A stretch of DNA of 64,000 bases, taken from contig NC_068996.1 of assembly GCF_001194135.2 (NCBI RefSeq), positions 6,530,175-6,594,174 of the forward strand, read 5' to 3'. Of this stretch, positions 36,952 to 49,210 are shown piece after piece (the first letter of the stretch is position 1; every line of letters starts with the position of its first letter). The position numbers and the translations under genes are program-made. This DNA comes from Octopus bimaculoides (Eukaryota). Under the pieces are notes generated by a model. It was given only the letters and a program-made list of their open reading frames with translations, was not told the DNA's origin and ran no database searches.

Positions 36952-38279
36952 TTTCTCCTTGTCTCATTCACTTTTTGACACAAACACATGTTATCTTAAT
37001 GTTTTGTTCCGATTTTTTTTTAATTGCCTTTCATACATTAGGAGGGGGGGATCAATAAAATAAAGTACTAGTTATGTATTAGGATCGATGGTATCGACTC
37101 CCTCATTCAACACTGCTTTAATTAGAAACAACTTCGTTTTACCTTTCATCTTTTCGGGGTCGATAAAATAAGTATCAATTGAGCACTAGGGTCAATGTAA
37201 AGCGACTAACTTCATCCCTAAAAATTACTGGCCCTGTATCAAAATTTATAACTACTTTTGTTATCATAATTTTATATATATATATATATATTTTCCATAC
37301 CTTTTTTTTTTTTACATAATCAATTCTGCGTAACCCCTTCTCTTACCCTTTTTTAATAATTTGTCCTTGCATTGCCTCCATTCATGCTTCGCCCTCGTAA
37401 CAGAGTAAAGAAATAACAATTACTATTATTAGCCCTAGGTAACATCCCCGTCCCCGTCTCATACATACACTATTGAGAATTATCATTCCATTCCGTTTGT
37501 ATAAGATTTTTTTCCTTTTTGTGTGTGTGTTTTTCTTTCCATATTTGATTCCGCATAACCCTTTTCCCAACAACTGTTTTTTTTTTAATTAGTCCATGTT
37601 ATGGCCACTCATTCGATGACCTTGTGGCAAATAGATTATTATTATTATCATCATCATCATTATTATTATCATTGTTGTTGTTATTGATATTTTGTGTATG
37701 TATGTATGTTTAAATTATTAGAGGCCAATATTTTAAGCAGGTACAACTCAACTGACAAACTTGTAAAACTTTTCCTAGATATCAATATCTGTCTTGAATT
37801 ATAATCCCCTCCCTTTCTAATTTGTCTATTTTTATTTTACTGTCTAATCCCCTCTCACAGCCTACTCACCTTTTGCTTTCTAAATTACTCACTTTGAATC
37901 GTATTGTCAACACAGTAAACGAAGTGTTGGGTAGGCATTATTTCTCTGATATTAAACAATTAAATCAAAGAATATTTTTTATTACTTTACTTCTTTTTTT
38001 TTTTTTACTTGACACTAGATTGGAGAGACTAAAACCTAACGTGTTTGTCTGTTTTGTTTTTTCTTGATTTAGTTGATACATTCATTGCTAAAGTTTCAGT
38101 TGAACTTGTCTGTAAATTTATTTAATCATGATGATCTTTCGAACTTTGTACATATAATATGGCGAACAAAAGGAAACAATATTTCTCTGATTATAAAAAA
38201 AAAAAGATAAAGAATCTTTCACAATCAAGAAAAAGATAATAATGACACGAAATGTCGATTGCGGTCAGTTTAGTTTCAT

Positions 38280-38900
38280 CTTTTATCTTTTACTCGCTTC
38301 TGTCATTGCACTGCGGTCATGTTGGAGCACAACCTTGAAGTGTTTTAATGGAACGAATCGACCCTAGTAATTATTTATAAGTCGGGTATTTATTTTAACG
38401 ATTCCTTTTGCCGAACCGCTACTTCCTTTTTTTTCTCTTTTGAATTAGTGCAGTTTCACTTTATCCGAATTGCTCTATGGACTAAGTTCGAAAGATAAAC
38501 TTCATTCATTTTATTTAAATTTCGATACTTATTGATAAATAAATAAGCATTTTATTTTCGGCTATTATTTTGTTCCTGTTAATGCACGTCTAATTTCTTT
38601 ATCGTTTGCTTGTTTCACTCATCGGACTGCGGCCATGCTGGTGCACCTTTTTGAAAGGGTTTTAAGCGAACAAATCGACACCAGTACTTGTATATATTTT
38701 TTAAACTGTGGTACTTATCCTAACGGTCTCTTTCGTGACGCATCGCTAAGTTACAGGGACATAAACAAACCAACACCGATTGTCAAGCAGTGGTGAGACA
38801 CATACACATATGTACCAAATTCCATGTACCAAATTCACTTACAGGCATTGGTCTGTCTGGAACTATTGTAGAAGACACTTGCCCAAGATGCTTTGCATAA
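38280..38900 (-). mobile_element. Two SINE family B copies with retained CpGs
   Basis: 3' bodies at 38280-38420 and 38600-38790, head piece to about 38900. Confidence 0.7.
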
Positions 38901-39317
38901 ACAAGCTTTTCTTTTTTGTTCATTAATATTCAGTGCTGTCTGTAATTTGTTTAGTTCAGCTAATTAATGTTATTTCTCTTGTTTGTTTGTTTTCTTTTAT
39001 CCTTTTTTTGTCCCAGAGATTATCAAATTTAGTAAAGATAAAATGAGGGAGAAGGCAGTTTTACCTCATGGATTTGAAAATTAACTGTATGTTGTAACAA
39101 GTAGCGAAACCTCACAATGACATTTTTTTACAAAAGACAATTTCACAGATTTTCATAATTTTTTTCACACATTCCATCAAATATCTCAGTGCAAACTGTA
39201 CCTACAGGAGACATTGAGAAAGTATTGCTGAAGCAGAAAATATCATTTCTATTTTGGGGTGAATAATTAACATCATTACAGAAATAACCATGAAATTTTA
39301 TTACGCCATCAAAGGAT

Positions 39318-39972
39318 TCATCGTCGTCGTTTAACGTCCGCTTTCCATGCTGGCGTGGGTTGGACGATTTGACTGAGGACTGGTGAGCCAGAAGGCTGCA
39401 CCAGGCTCCAATCTGATCTGGCAAAGTTTCTACAGCTGGATGCCCTTCCTAACGCCAACCACTCCGATAGTGTAGTGGGTTCTTTTACGTGCCACTGGCA
39501 CGAGGGCCAGTCAGGCGGTACTGGCAACGACCACGCTCAAAAGGTGTTTTTACGTGCTACCTGCATGGGAGCCTATCTGGCGGCACTGGCAACGACCACG
39601 CTCGAATGTTGTTTTTCCTGTGCCAGTAAGGCGACGCTGGCACCGATCACGCTCGAATGGTGCTTTTTACGTGCCATTGGCATGGAAGCCAGTCAGCGAC
39701 CCTGGCAACAATCACGCTCAGATGGTACTTTTAACGTTCCACTGGCATGAGTGCCAATCAGGCGGTACTGTCATCAGCCACGTCAGCGATTTTGATTTCA
39801 CTTGTCTCAACAGGTCTCCGCAAGAAAAGTTTATTGTCCAATGAATGAAGGGTACTCATAAGTGGGCTGGTTATACACCACTGGCATAGGCCACGGGTTA
39901 TGGTCTCACTTGACTTGTTGGGTCTTCTCAAGCACAGCATATCTCCAAAGGTCTCGATCACTAGTCATTATC
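39318..39972 (-). mobile_element. RTE LINE 3' UTR + ORF end
   Basis: Reverse complement of 18720-19376 with an extra internal subrepeat. Confidence 0.88.
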
Positions 39973-40279
39973 TCAGAGACAAATCAGTGTTGGCAGAAGA
40001 GATATTCTTTCAGGAATATGAATGATAATAAATTCTTGATGAATGGGGGTGAGGTGGGGAATTGTCTGAGGAGACAGTGGTAGCAGGTTTATGCCAGTAA
40101 AAGATACTTAGTGGCATTTTTTGCAACTCTTTATGTTCTGAATTCAAATGCTGCCAAGGTTAAGTTTACCTTTCATCACTTCAGTATTGATAAAATAAAT
40201 ACCAACTGAGTATTGAGGGAGGGGGTCAATGTAATTAACTTACTCTTCCCTTTAAAATTGCTAGCGCTGCACCAAGCTT

Positions 40280-40685
40280 AGAAAGAGTTAAAGGAACTTG
40301 TGGAAGAGGTAGACCCAGGAAGACATAGGATGAGGTGGTGGAATACAATCTTCGGATGTTGAGGCGATTGCAAGTGACCGAGACTGTTGGTGATTTTCTG
40401 TGCTTGAGAAGACACGTCAGGCCAGTGCTGGTGACATGTAAAAGGCAGCCATGCCAGGGACACATAAAAGGCAACTGTGCCAGTGACACATTAAAGGCAC
40501 TCTTGCTGGTGACATGTGAAAGGTACCTGATACACTGTGGAGTTGTTGGTGTTAGGAAGAGCATCCAGCCATAGAAACGAAGCCAAAACAGACTGGAGCC
40601 TGGTGCAGATCTCCAGCTTACCAGTTCCAGTCAAACTGTTTAACCCATGCCAGCATGGATAAACAGATGCTAAATGATGATGGTG
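40280..40685 (+). mobile_element. Older RTE 3' end
   Basis: GTCGRGRPRKT C-terminus, subrepeats and tail. Confidence 0.75.
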
Positions 40686-40899
40686 ATAATGAGGATCATG
40701 ATGATTATTGCACTGGATCCAATGTAATCAGCTATCTCTCTCCCTATAAAATTAATGGCCTTGAGCCCAAATACGAATCAATTATTAGGAGTTCAAATGC
40801 TGCCGAGGACAACTTTGCCTTTCTCATAGGAAGAAAGGCAAAGCTGACCTCTTTTGAAATGGATATCAAATAATATGAAAAGGAAAAAAAAAAGACGTA

Positions 40900-41115
40900 A
40901 AGGCGGCGAGCCGGCAGAATCGTTAACACAACGGGTACATCGCTTAGAAGCATTTTGTCCGTTTTTACATTCTGTGTTCAAATTCTTCTAAGGTCGACTC
41001 TGCTTTTCATCCTTTCATGGTTGATGACATAAGTACTCGTTGAACAATGGAGTTGATGTAATAAGACTTACCTTTCCCCTAAAATCACTGGTCTTGTGCC
41101 AAAAGTTGAAATCAA
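40900..41115 (+). mobile_element. tRNA-headed SINE family C
   Basis: ggcggcgagccggcagaatcgtta head; gtcgactctgcttttcatcctttc core. Other copies at 40075, 46510 and 51940. Confidence 0.75.
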
Positions 41116-41687
41116 TATGAAAGAAGACGTTAAAATTCAGACAGTAGTTACGATTTATAAAACAAAGTCTATGAAAAAGTTGACTTTAAGAAAAGAAATT
41201 ACATGGGACAATGGAAACAATAAAATTTCTACAAATCGTTATTTGTAAGACTTTAAACCGGACGAGATAAAGTGTATGTGTGTGTGTGCGTGTGATAAAA
41301 TGTTTAAGACTATATATTTGTTAATAACTTGCAAGGGAACGTAGAACCGAAACGTTATGAAAACTTTAAATGAAACGTTAAACATGAAAGAAAGTTTAAG
41401 TTAAAAGACTACTTATTGTTTAAATAATAATTAAAGAGAGCTATAGATATGGAAATAGAGGCAAATATGTGGGAAAATACTTCAAGTTCATTCAAATTCA
41501 CTCCCAAACATTTCTTTGTTTATTGACGTATACAAAAACAATGGTGGCAGAAATAACGAAAAACTAAATAGATTAATGTTTAGTCATACAATGTCTTGTG
41601 CGCGTGTATATATATATGCGTATAAAAATATATTGTTTTTGTCGGTTGTTTCATGTGTTCGAGAATTAAAATTTCTTCCTAGTTTCT

Positions 41688-41721
41688 TCATACTGATGGC
41701 TGGGCAGATTTAATATTTATG
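41688..41721 (-). CDS. Candidate terminal coding exon of gene B
   Basis: Strong acceptor gtttttgttcttatctgtttag; only phase 2 is open (INIKSAQPSV*), matching the 44220 donor. AATAAA at 41524-41519; lies at the CpG boundary. Confidence 0.35.
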
Positions 41722-41749
41722 CTAAACAGATAAGAACAAAAACAATGAT

Positions 41750-42245
41750 CTGGTCAAAAAGATGTCGGTCGTTGTTTACATTCTTTATGTTCTTCAACAT
41801 TTCTGTCTTTTGACTTCAAAAAATGTCAGTTTCGATGTTGTTAGAGTGATGTCATTTGAAATGCTTCTGGACTTCAGTTTCTCATACATTTTTGTCTCAA
41901 TTCCAACCAATTTGAGGATTGATTTTAACTAATCTTTTTAATTGTGAAAAGAACATTTTTGGAGCTTATTCCAAATGGTTAATTCACTGTAACGGATTTG
42001 ATGAGAATATCTGTCATTCTAACCACATTACCTAAACTATTATTACCAGAGTTCCATTATGGTAGATTCTATGTGTTGGCTGTTGGCTTTTCTTAGGACA
42101 GCAATGTTGGTTATGTAGACATACTCATTATTTGATGTTTAAGATGGTGCAGAACTTTTGTTGATGGAATTATTCCACTTTTTTTTATATCCAGCTGATA
42201 AAATGTCCATGTTTCACAAGCTACAATGATGACAGCTCGTACATG
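41750..42245 (-). mobile_element. BovB-like RTE ORF2 C-terminal relic
   Basis: Degenerate ACETWTFYQLDIKKVE.FHQQ..TILNIK..ITNIAVLRKANS. Confidence 0.7.
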
Positions 42246-42544
42246 ACCTTTTTTGCTCTCATTTTTTTTTTGTGTGTGTGTATTAGCTCTTTGTTCTTAA
42301 AAACCTGCTTTGTCATTTATTCAAGTTTGGAATTTTGTGCTGGTGCCATGTAAAAAGCACCCAGTACACTATGTAAAGTGGTTAGTGTTATGAGGGACAT
42401 CCAGCTGTAGAAACCATACCAAAATGGACAAATGGGGCCTGGTGTAGTTCTCTGGCATACCAACTCCAGTCAAACTGTCCAACCCATGCCAGCATGGCCA
42501 AAGGATATTTGATGATGATGATGATCTCTTTTCTTTTCAGAAGT

Positions 42545-42890
42545 AAATTTAAAGATGCAGTTATTATCACCATCTTCAGGAAAGAAGATTGAAAATCTTG
42601 CAGGAATTATTGGGGAATAACATTGTTTCTCTTCATAGGAAAAATCTTTGCAAAAAATCCTTCTAAACTATCTCCAGATCATTACAGAAAGGTTCTTCCT
42701 GAATTTCAGTGCAGTTTTCATGCCTCTCATGGAACGATTGACATGATTTTCTGTGTGAGACAAACGTTTTTTTTTTTTGTTTCATTGTATAAGCATGATG
42801 GCTTCTCTTCACCCATACTTCTTCATGAGGTTTCTTCATCATATAATAGTAAGATCCAACATTTTGGAGAGCTGTCTTAAGACACATCTG
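42545..42890 (+). mobile_element. BovB-like RTE RT N-terminal relic
   Basis: KDAVIITIFRK, CRNYWGITL..IGKIFAK, VLPEFQCSFHASHGTIDMIFCVRQ. Confidence 0.75.
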
Positions 42891-42944
42891 TACACTTCAT
42901 CAATTATAATGATAATAATGGTGATGGTGATGATTTCTAATTTA

Positions 42945-43759
42945 GGTACAAGGCCAATGATTTTCAAAGGCAGGGTTAGTTGATACCATCTACTCCAATA
43001 ATTGACTGGTACTTCATTTTAGTGACCTCAGTAGGACTTGAACTCAGGATATAAAGAGCCACAATAAAGTAAAGTACATTTTTGATGCTCTAAATAGTAA
43101 TAATAATTCTTTTTATTGTAAGCATAAGGATTGAAATTTGGTGGGGAGAAGCTAGTCTATGATATCAACTTCTGTGCTCAACTGATCCTTATTTTATTGA
43201 TTCTATAAGGATGACAGGAAACACTGACTTTTGCAGCATTTGAACTCAGACAGTAAAGAGCTAGAAGAACTGCAGCGAAGCATGTTGTCCAACACAGTAA
43301 TGATTCTTCCAGCTCATAACCTTGGTTTAAAATTTTGGCACAGGACCAGCAATTTTAGGGGATGGAATCAGTTAATTACATCAACTGCAATACCTGACAT
43401 ATCTTTTTGGCTCCAAAAGGATGGAAGACCAAGTTGACCTTGGTGGTATTTGAATTCAGACTGTAAAGAGCCAGAAGAAATGCTGCTAAGCATTTTGTCC
43501 TATGTGCTAATGATATTGCCAGCTTACTGCTGTAATAATAATGAGGACGGATGGTTTGAAATTTTCGCACAGAACCAACAATTTTTGATGGAAGAGAGAT
43601 GATGATTATGTCAGTCCCAGTGCTCAACTCAACTGGTACTTATTTCATTGATCCCAAAAGGACGAAAGGCAAAGCTAACCTCAGTGGAATTTGGATTCAG
43701 AAGATAAAGATGGACAAAATGCCACAAGCATTTTAATGATTTTTTCCAGTTTGTTGCCC

Positions 43760-43806
<47 letters not shown>

Positions 43807-43820
43807 TTAATAATAATAAT

Positions 43821-43853
<33 letters not shown>

Positions 43854-44070
43854 CCTTTCTACTAAAGGCACAAGGCCTGAAATTTTGTTGGGGGGGGGGA
43901 CTTGTTGATTACATTGACTCCAGTGTTTCACTGGTACTTAATGTATTAACCCTGAAAGGATGAAAGGCAAAGTTGACCTTGGCAGAATTTGAACCCAGAA
44001 CATAAGGATGGACAAAATACTGCTAAGCATTTTGTCTAGCGCACTAACAATTCTGCCAGCTTGCTGCTTT
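42945..44070 (-). mobile_element. Train of five head-to-tail SINE family C copies with (AAT)n spacers
   Basis: Repeated ..gaaaggcaaag.tgacc...gaatttgaactcaga.. units, all on the minus strand. Confidence 0.8.
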
Positions 44071-44219
44071 TATAATCATAATAACAACAACAACAACGAA
44101 TTTCAGTACAGTGTTTATAAGAGAGAATATGTAGGTGTGTTCGTATTAAAAAAAAAACGCTAATCATTATAGGTTAATACCTACCCTCATTTCTGTTGAT
44201 GTCCTGCATACCTGCTTAC

Positions 44220-44361
44220 TTAATAATTAAAATGACATTATTTGGGCAATGCAGGAGAAGATAGCGAGAGACTGCTACTATTGATAATGATGGACCTGGT
44301 GTTGGAGAGAATGAAACTGGGGTTGAACAGTCAGAATTTGAATCAGCTCCTGTTGTTGCTT
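44220..44361 (-). CDS. Candidate coding exon of gene B
   Basis: Acceptor aaattattttcag, donor AA|GTAAGC, 142 nt open: ATTGADSNSDCSTPVSFSPTPGPSLSIVAVSRYLLLHCPNNVILII. Confidence 0.45.
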
Positions 44362-45402
44362 CTGAAAATAATTTCCTGCAATAAACAACATCAAGAGAGG
44401 CTTGAACAGATATTTTCTTTATTTTATATATTTAGATAGATTGTTGGTAACTGAAGCTGTTAGTAAAAATCCCGTAAAAAAAAGTAAGGAAAAGAAAAAA
44501 GGTAAGCCATTGTGCTTTCAGATATTTTTGTTCTAAGTTTATCATCTCTTTTCCCCTGACACAAAAGGTTTCACTTCATTTCTTTATCAAAAAATTTGGG
44601 TGTTTGAAGGTTTCTAAACCCTGAATATCTTCCTCAAATGCCATAATCTTTTTTTTTTTTATATTTACTCTGGTAAATAACCTCTCTTCTGTATAATGTC
44701 AAGAAATTCACTTGAAACAAGCCAACATTCACTATTTTGCCTTGCATTTTATTCTTGTATAAATTTATCCTCTGTTTTGTCAAGCTGCATGACCAAATGG
44801 TTAGGTCTCTGGGCTTACAGCAATAATATTGTGAGAAGGGGCAGTGCTGTATTGTGTTCTTAAACAAGATGCTTAATTTCACATTGCCCCAGCCTGCTCA
44901 GTTATGAATGGTTACTAGTTGAGTGCTGGTACAGCCCTTTTTCTTTCCAGCTGTCACAAACTAGGTATTCTGCTCGATTATGGATGAGGGAGTTGAGAGA
45001 GTGTCTGTATCTGTTTGTGATGACATAGGACGCTAAAACACATAGCAAAAGCATTGTACATGTAACCAAGCAATACTTGTTCATTGGTGACTTCTGGCTG
45101 TACTGTATTGTACTTCCACTTCAGGATGTTTGAAGCTAATTCTACATGCAGCAAATTCTTCTTTCCAATCACATTTCACTTGCTGTATATACAGCTTTTA
45201 AATCAATGAAAAGGCTTGGAGTCTTTTCTTGCATTAAACCATGGCTCATATGTATATTATGCTTATTTTGATTCTCTAACGAAATAATCAATAACATTTC
45301 TATTTCAATAATTAAATCACTGTGTTGCTTAGTGACAACTGTAGCTTTCATTTGGACAGAGTCTTTTACTGTCTTCATTATTCTTACTCTGTCCATTAAA
45401 AT

Positions 45403-45655
45403 TTGTCTTACCACCAGTACCAGCACCACTGCCATCATCGTCACTATCATCATCATTACCACTATTTCCACTACTACCATGACTACCATTGTTGTTGTTG
45501 TCAATACCACCAACACCACTACCACCACCATCACCATTATTGTCACCACCACCATTACCATCATCACCACCATTACCACTACCACCACCATCCATTACAA
45601 CCACTGGCACCACCACCTCCACCACTCTCACCACCATCACCATCATCATTATTGT
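45403..45655. repeat. Degenerate (CAC/CAT)n low-complexity tract
   Basis: Mixed trinucleotide repeat producing His/Thr or Gly/Asp/Val-rich ORFs. Confidence 0.85.
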
Positions 45656-45995
45656 TAATTTTACAAGTATTATTAGGAAATAATTGGAAAAACGTGTTCT
45701 TGTTTCTAAAATTGATTGTTGCTTGATTCAATATTGCCACTGATTTGTCTGACCAACTGATGTTACTGTTGAATGACCATTTAGTTAGGAAGATAACCAT
45801 TTTATAGAATTGTTATGTTTTGACACAGACTATGAAATCATAATAATGGAGAAAAATATATACATTTTGGTTTTAACAACTATATAGAATTTTTTTTAAT
45901 ATATTTTAGTTCTAATCCAGCAAAAGTCAGTTTTGTCTTTCAACTTTCTGGGTCTAGTAAATGAAATATCTGTGAAATACTAAGTCAATTCTTCT

Positions 45996-46040
<45 letters not shown>

Positions 46041-46143
46041 ACTCCACTTTCCATCTCTCTCTCTCTACCTCTCTCCACCCTCTTGGCACATCTCTCTTTC
46101 TCAGCCTATTCTTTCTTACCCACAGTCTTCCACTCTTTTTCAT

Positions 46144-46175
<32 letters not shown>

Positions 46176-46761
46176 CCACTCTTTATCACCCTCACTTTCT
46201 CCTCACTCTTTCCATTTCCCACCCTGCTCTCTGGCTGCCCCCCCCCCATCTCCCTCCTTTCCTCCCCTACATTTCTCCCCACTTCTCTCTCTTTAGTAAT
46301 GTTATTCCGTAATAATGACAACTATTTCTTCAGAAATGACAAAGAATGGAATAGGAGATAAGCAACCTCTTCTCAAATAGAAACGGACATGCTATTATTG
46401 AAATTGTTCTAGAATGGATCTTAAGTGTCATGTGGTATAAGATGAAAGAAATTCTAATTATTGAAATTTTAATAAATTATGTGATTATTATTCCTTTTAA
46501 TATTTTTAAGGCAGCATGCTGGCAGAATCATTAACACGTTGGGCAAAATACTCAGTGACATTTCATCTGTCTTTACGTTTTGAGCTCAAATGCCGCTAAG
46601 GTTGATTTTGCCTTTCATCTTTTTGGGGTTGATGAAATAAATACCAGTTGAACTTTGGGGTTGATGTAATCAATTTACTCCCTCCCTTGAAAATTGCTGG
46701 TTTGTGTCCAAAATTTGAAATCATTATTAATATTTTGAGTCTGCTTCAAATTTTCCCATTA

Positions 46762-46990
46762 GGCGTAGGAGTGGCTGTGTGGTAAGTAGCTTGCTTACCA
46801 ACCATATGGTTCCGGGTTCAGTCCCACTGCGTGGCACTTTGGGCAAGTGTCTTCTACTATAGCCTCAGGCTGACCAAAGCCTTGTGAGTGGATTTGGTAG
46901 ACGGAAACTGAAAGAAGCCCGTCATATATATGTATGTGTGTGTATATGTTTGTGTGTCTGTGTTTGTCTCCCCAACATTGCTTGACAACC
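46762..46990 (+). mobile_element. Young SINE family B, cut by a family C insertion
   Basis: GGCGTAGGAGTGGCTGTGTGGTAAG (A box) and GGTTCAGTCCC (B box); two minus-strand family C copies follow to about 47360. Confidence 0.85.
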
Positions 46991-47619
46991 GTACTTATTT
47001 TATCAACCCTGAAAGGAGGAAAGGGCAAAAATCAACCTCAGCGGAATTTGAACTCAGAACATAAAAGACAGACAAAATGCTGCTAAGCATTTCTGCCTGG
47101 CGTGCTAACATTTCTGCCAATTCACCATCCTCTGTAGAGTTATAATATCGATTTCGAGTTTTGGCACAAAGCCAGCAATATTGAGGGAGGCGGTAAGTCG
47201 ATTAGGTCGACCCCAGGATACAACTGATACTTATTTTATCGACCTCGAAAGGATGAAAGGCAAAGTCATCTGCGGTAGCATTTGAACACCGAACATAAAG
47301 ACAGACAATGATGCTAAACATTTGCCTGAAGCAGTAATGATTCTGCCAGCTCGCTGCCTTGAGTAGAGATACATTAAAACATGTTTGTTTTTGTCAACAT
47401 TTGATCTTAAAGACTCTCATTTACACCCATTTTATCTTCTAGAAATTTTGATTTCTTGAAATCATCTCCCTTGGCTGTTTTTTTTTTTTTTCAGTCATAA
47501 ATATTCCTAGACGGAGTTTTTCTCAACTAATAGCATGGATAATCTCACTTGTTCAAAGTTTTACAGCTCACTACCTTCCTGTATATCTCAGTAGCTATGA
47601 CTGCAGATCACTCATTAAC

Positions 47620-47830
47620 ATTGTTGCTGTCTTGTTCAGGTAAGCCAAGCACTGATTCAGCTGATTTATGACTGAAACCTTTCCACTCATGAACATCTCA
47701 TTGATATTTTTCTTTTCAGATATTGTGTGCCTGGGACCTCATTACCAAATGTGTTCTTTCTCTTTTATGACAGTAAAATGTGATTTGAGAGAGAGGTTTG
47801 GCTGCTATTTCTTGAAGGTTGCAAGGTATT
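47620..47830. repeat. Interspersed repeat family F, decayed
   Basis: gtgatttgagagagaggtttggctgctatttct motif shared with copies near 3235, 14065, 14270, 34590, 48290 and 57975. Confidence 0.55.
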
Positions 47831-48809
47831 GTAGAAGCTCTTACATTAGCTCAAAGAAATAGGGAAAATATCAGTAGATTCGATCCTGCTGCACAGAGTC
47901 TTGTGTGGTTTCTGTCATTACTTCACATTAACAGGAGCTGTCCATGTGTATGAAATTTCGTTTCAGAAACTGTGAAACCTCATCAGAATGATGGGTTTTT
48001 AAAAATATTTTCTGTTTATTTATGGTGGTTCATTGAATCCCCTGCTTGGCTTCCCATCCAAATATCTATGCATGTGTAAGGGCCCAGTCCTATTTTTGTA
48101 TGTATTTCATTAGTATAGAACCATAGAAGAACCATAACATACAGTGTGTTGACTTGCTTGTAGAGTTTCCAAAAATATGATTGTATTGAACTAAAGTTTA
48201 AGTCTCACTTTAACTGTTTGGTTCATATGGAGGAATTAGTATTTCTCACTAGCACCACATATAGAAAAAGATAGTGCTAAAGAAGGAGTTTCTTTGTGAC
48301 CATTTGACCTGCCAGAGGTAGCAGCTAAATATACTTCATATCACACCCCAGTGTCTTAAAAATTATGGACACATTGATTGATGTAGTTTGTATTAAGATT
48401 ATCATGATTAGAATGTCTCTGAACATGAATCTTTCGGATCAGAGCTGCCCTGGGGTTAAATATTTACAATACCAACAACTTACTCTTGGTGCAGCATTTA
48501 CCATAACAGTCTTTACTAAGAAGGGATAAGGAATTAAGGTTCACAAGACATTTTCATTTCTAAAGTCACTGGTTATGGAACAAAGACATAATAGCAATTT
48601 AAACACTAAAATATTAATTTCAAATTTTGACACAAGGCCGGCAAGTTTGAGGGAGGGGTAAGTTGATTACATCAAACCCAATTCTCAGCAGGTATTTATC
48701 TCATCAACTGTGAAAGGATGAAAGGCAAAGTTGACCTCAGTGGTATTTGAACTCAGAATGTTACAATAGACGAAATGCCACTAAGCATTTTGCCTGGCTT
48801 ACGCTTTTA

Positions 48810-49210
48810 CTCTTTTACTTGTTTGAGTCATTTGACTGCGGCCATGCTGGGGCACCACCTTTTAGTCGAGCAAATCGACCCCAGGACTTATTCATTGGAT
48901 GCCTAGTACTTATTCTATCGGTCTCTTTTGCCAAACCACTAAATTACGGGGAAGTAAACACACCAGCATCGGTTGTCAAGTGAAGTTGGGGGGACAAACA
49001 CAGACACACAAACATACACACATACATATATATATATACATATATACGACAGGCTTCTTTCAGTTTCTGTCTACCAAATCCACTCACAAGGCTTTGGTTG
49101 GCCCGAGGCTATAGTAGAAGACACTTGCCCAAGGTGCCACACAGTGGAACTGAACCCAGAACCATGTGGTTGGTAAGCAAGCTACTTACCACACAGCCAC
49201 TCCTGTGCCT
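48810..49210 (-). mobile_element. Near full-length young SINE family B
   Basis: Head (to 49205), internal (TA/CA)n and 3' body ending (TCTTTTAC)n. Confidence 0.88.

Noticed and set aside
44250-44382. Plus-strand acidic frame DNDGPGVGENETGVEQSEFESAPVVASENNFLQ*
   Set aside because: In-frame TAG just upstream and no usable acceptor; it is the antisense shadow of the better-supported minus-strand exon.
46762-46835. tRNA gene
   Set aside because: A/B boxes are present, but it continues into a SINE body found in many copies; it is a SINE head. No true tRNA or rRNA gene was seen.
47494-47773. Apparent plus-strand exon pair (INIPRRSFSQL...VAVLF-R-YCVPGTSLPNVFFLFYD) with strong splice sites
   Set aside because: The donor, intron and second exon align with a decayed copy of repeat family F, so the sites are probably fortuitous; exonisation cannot be excluded.
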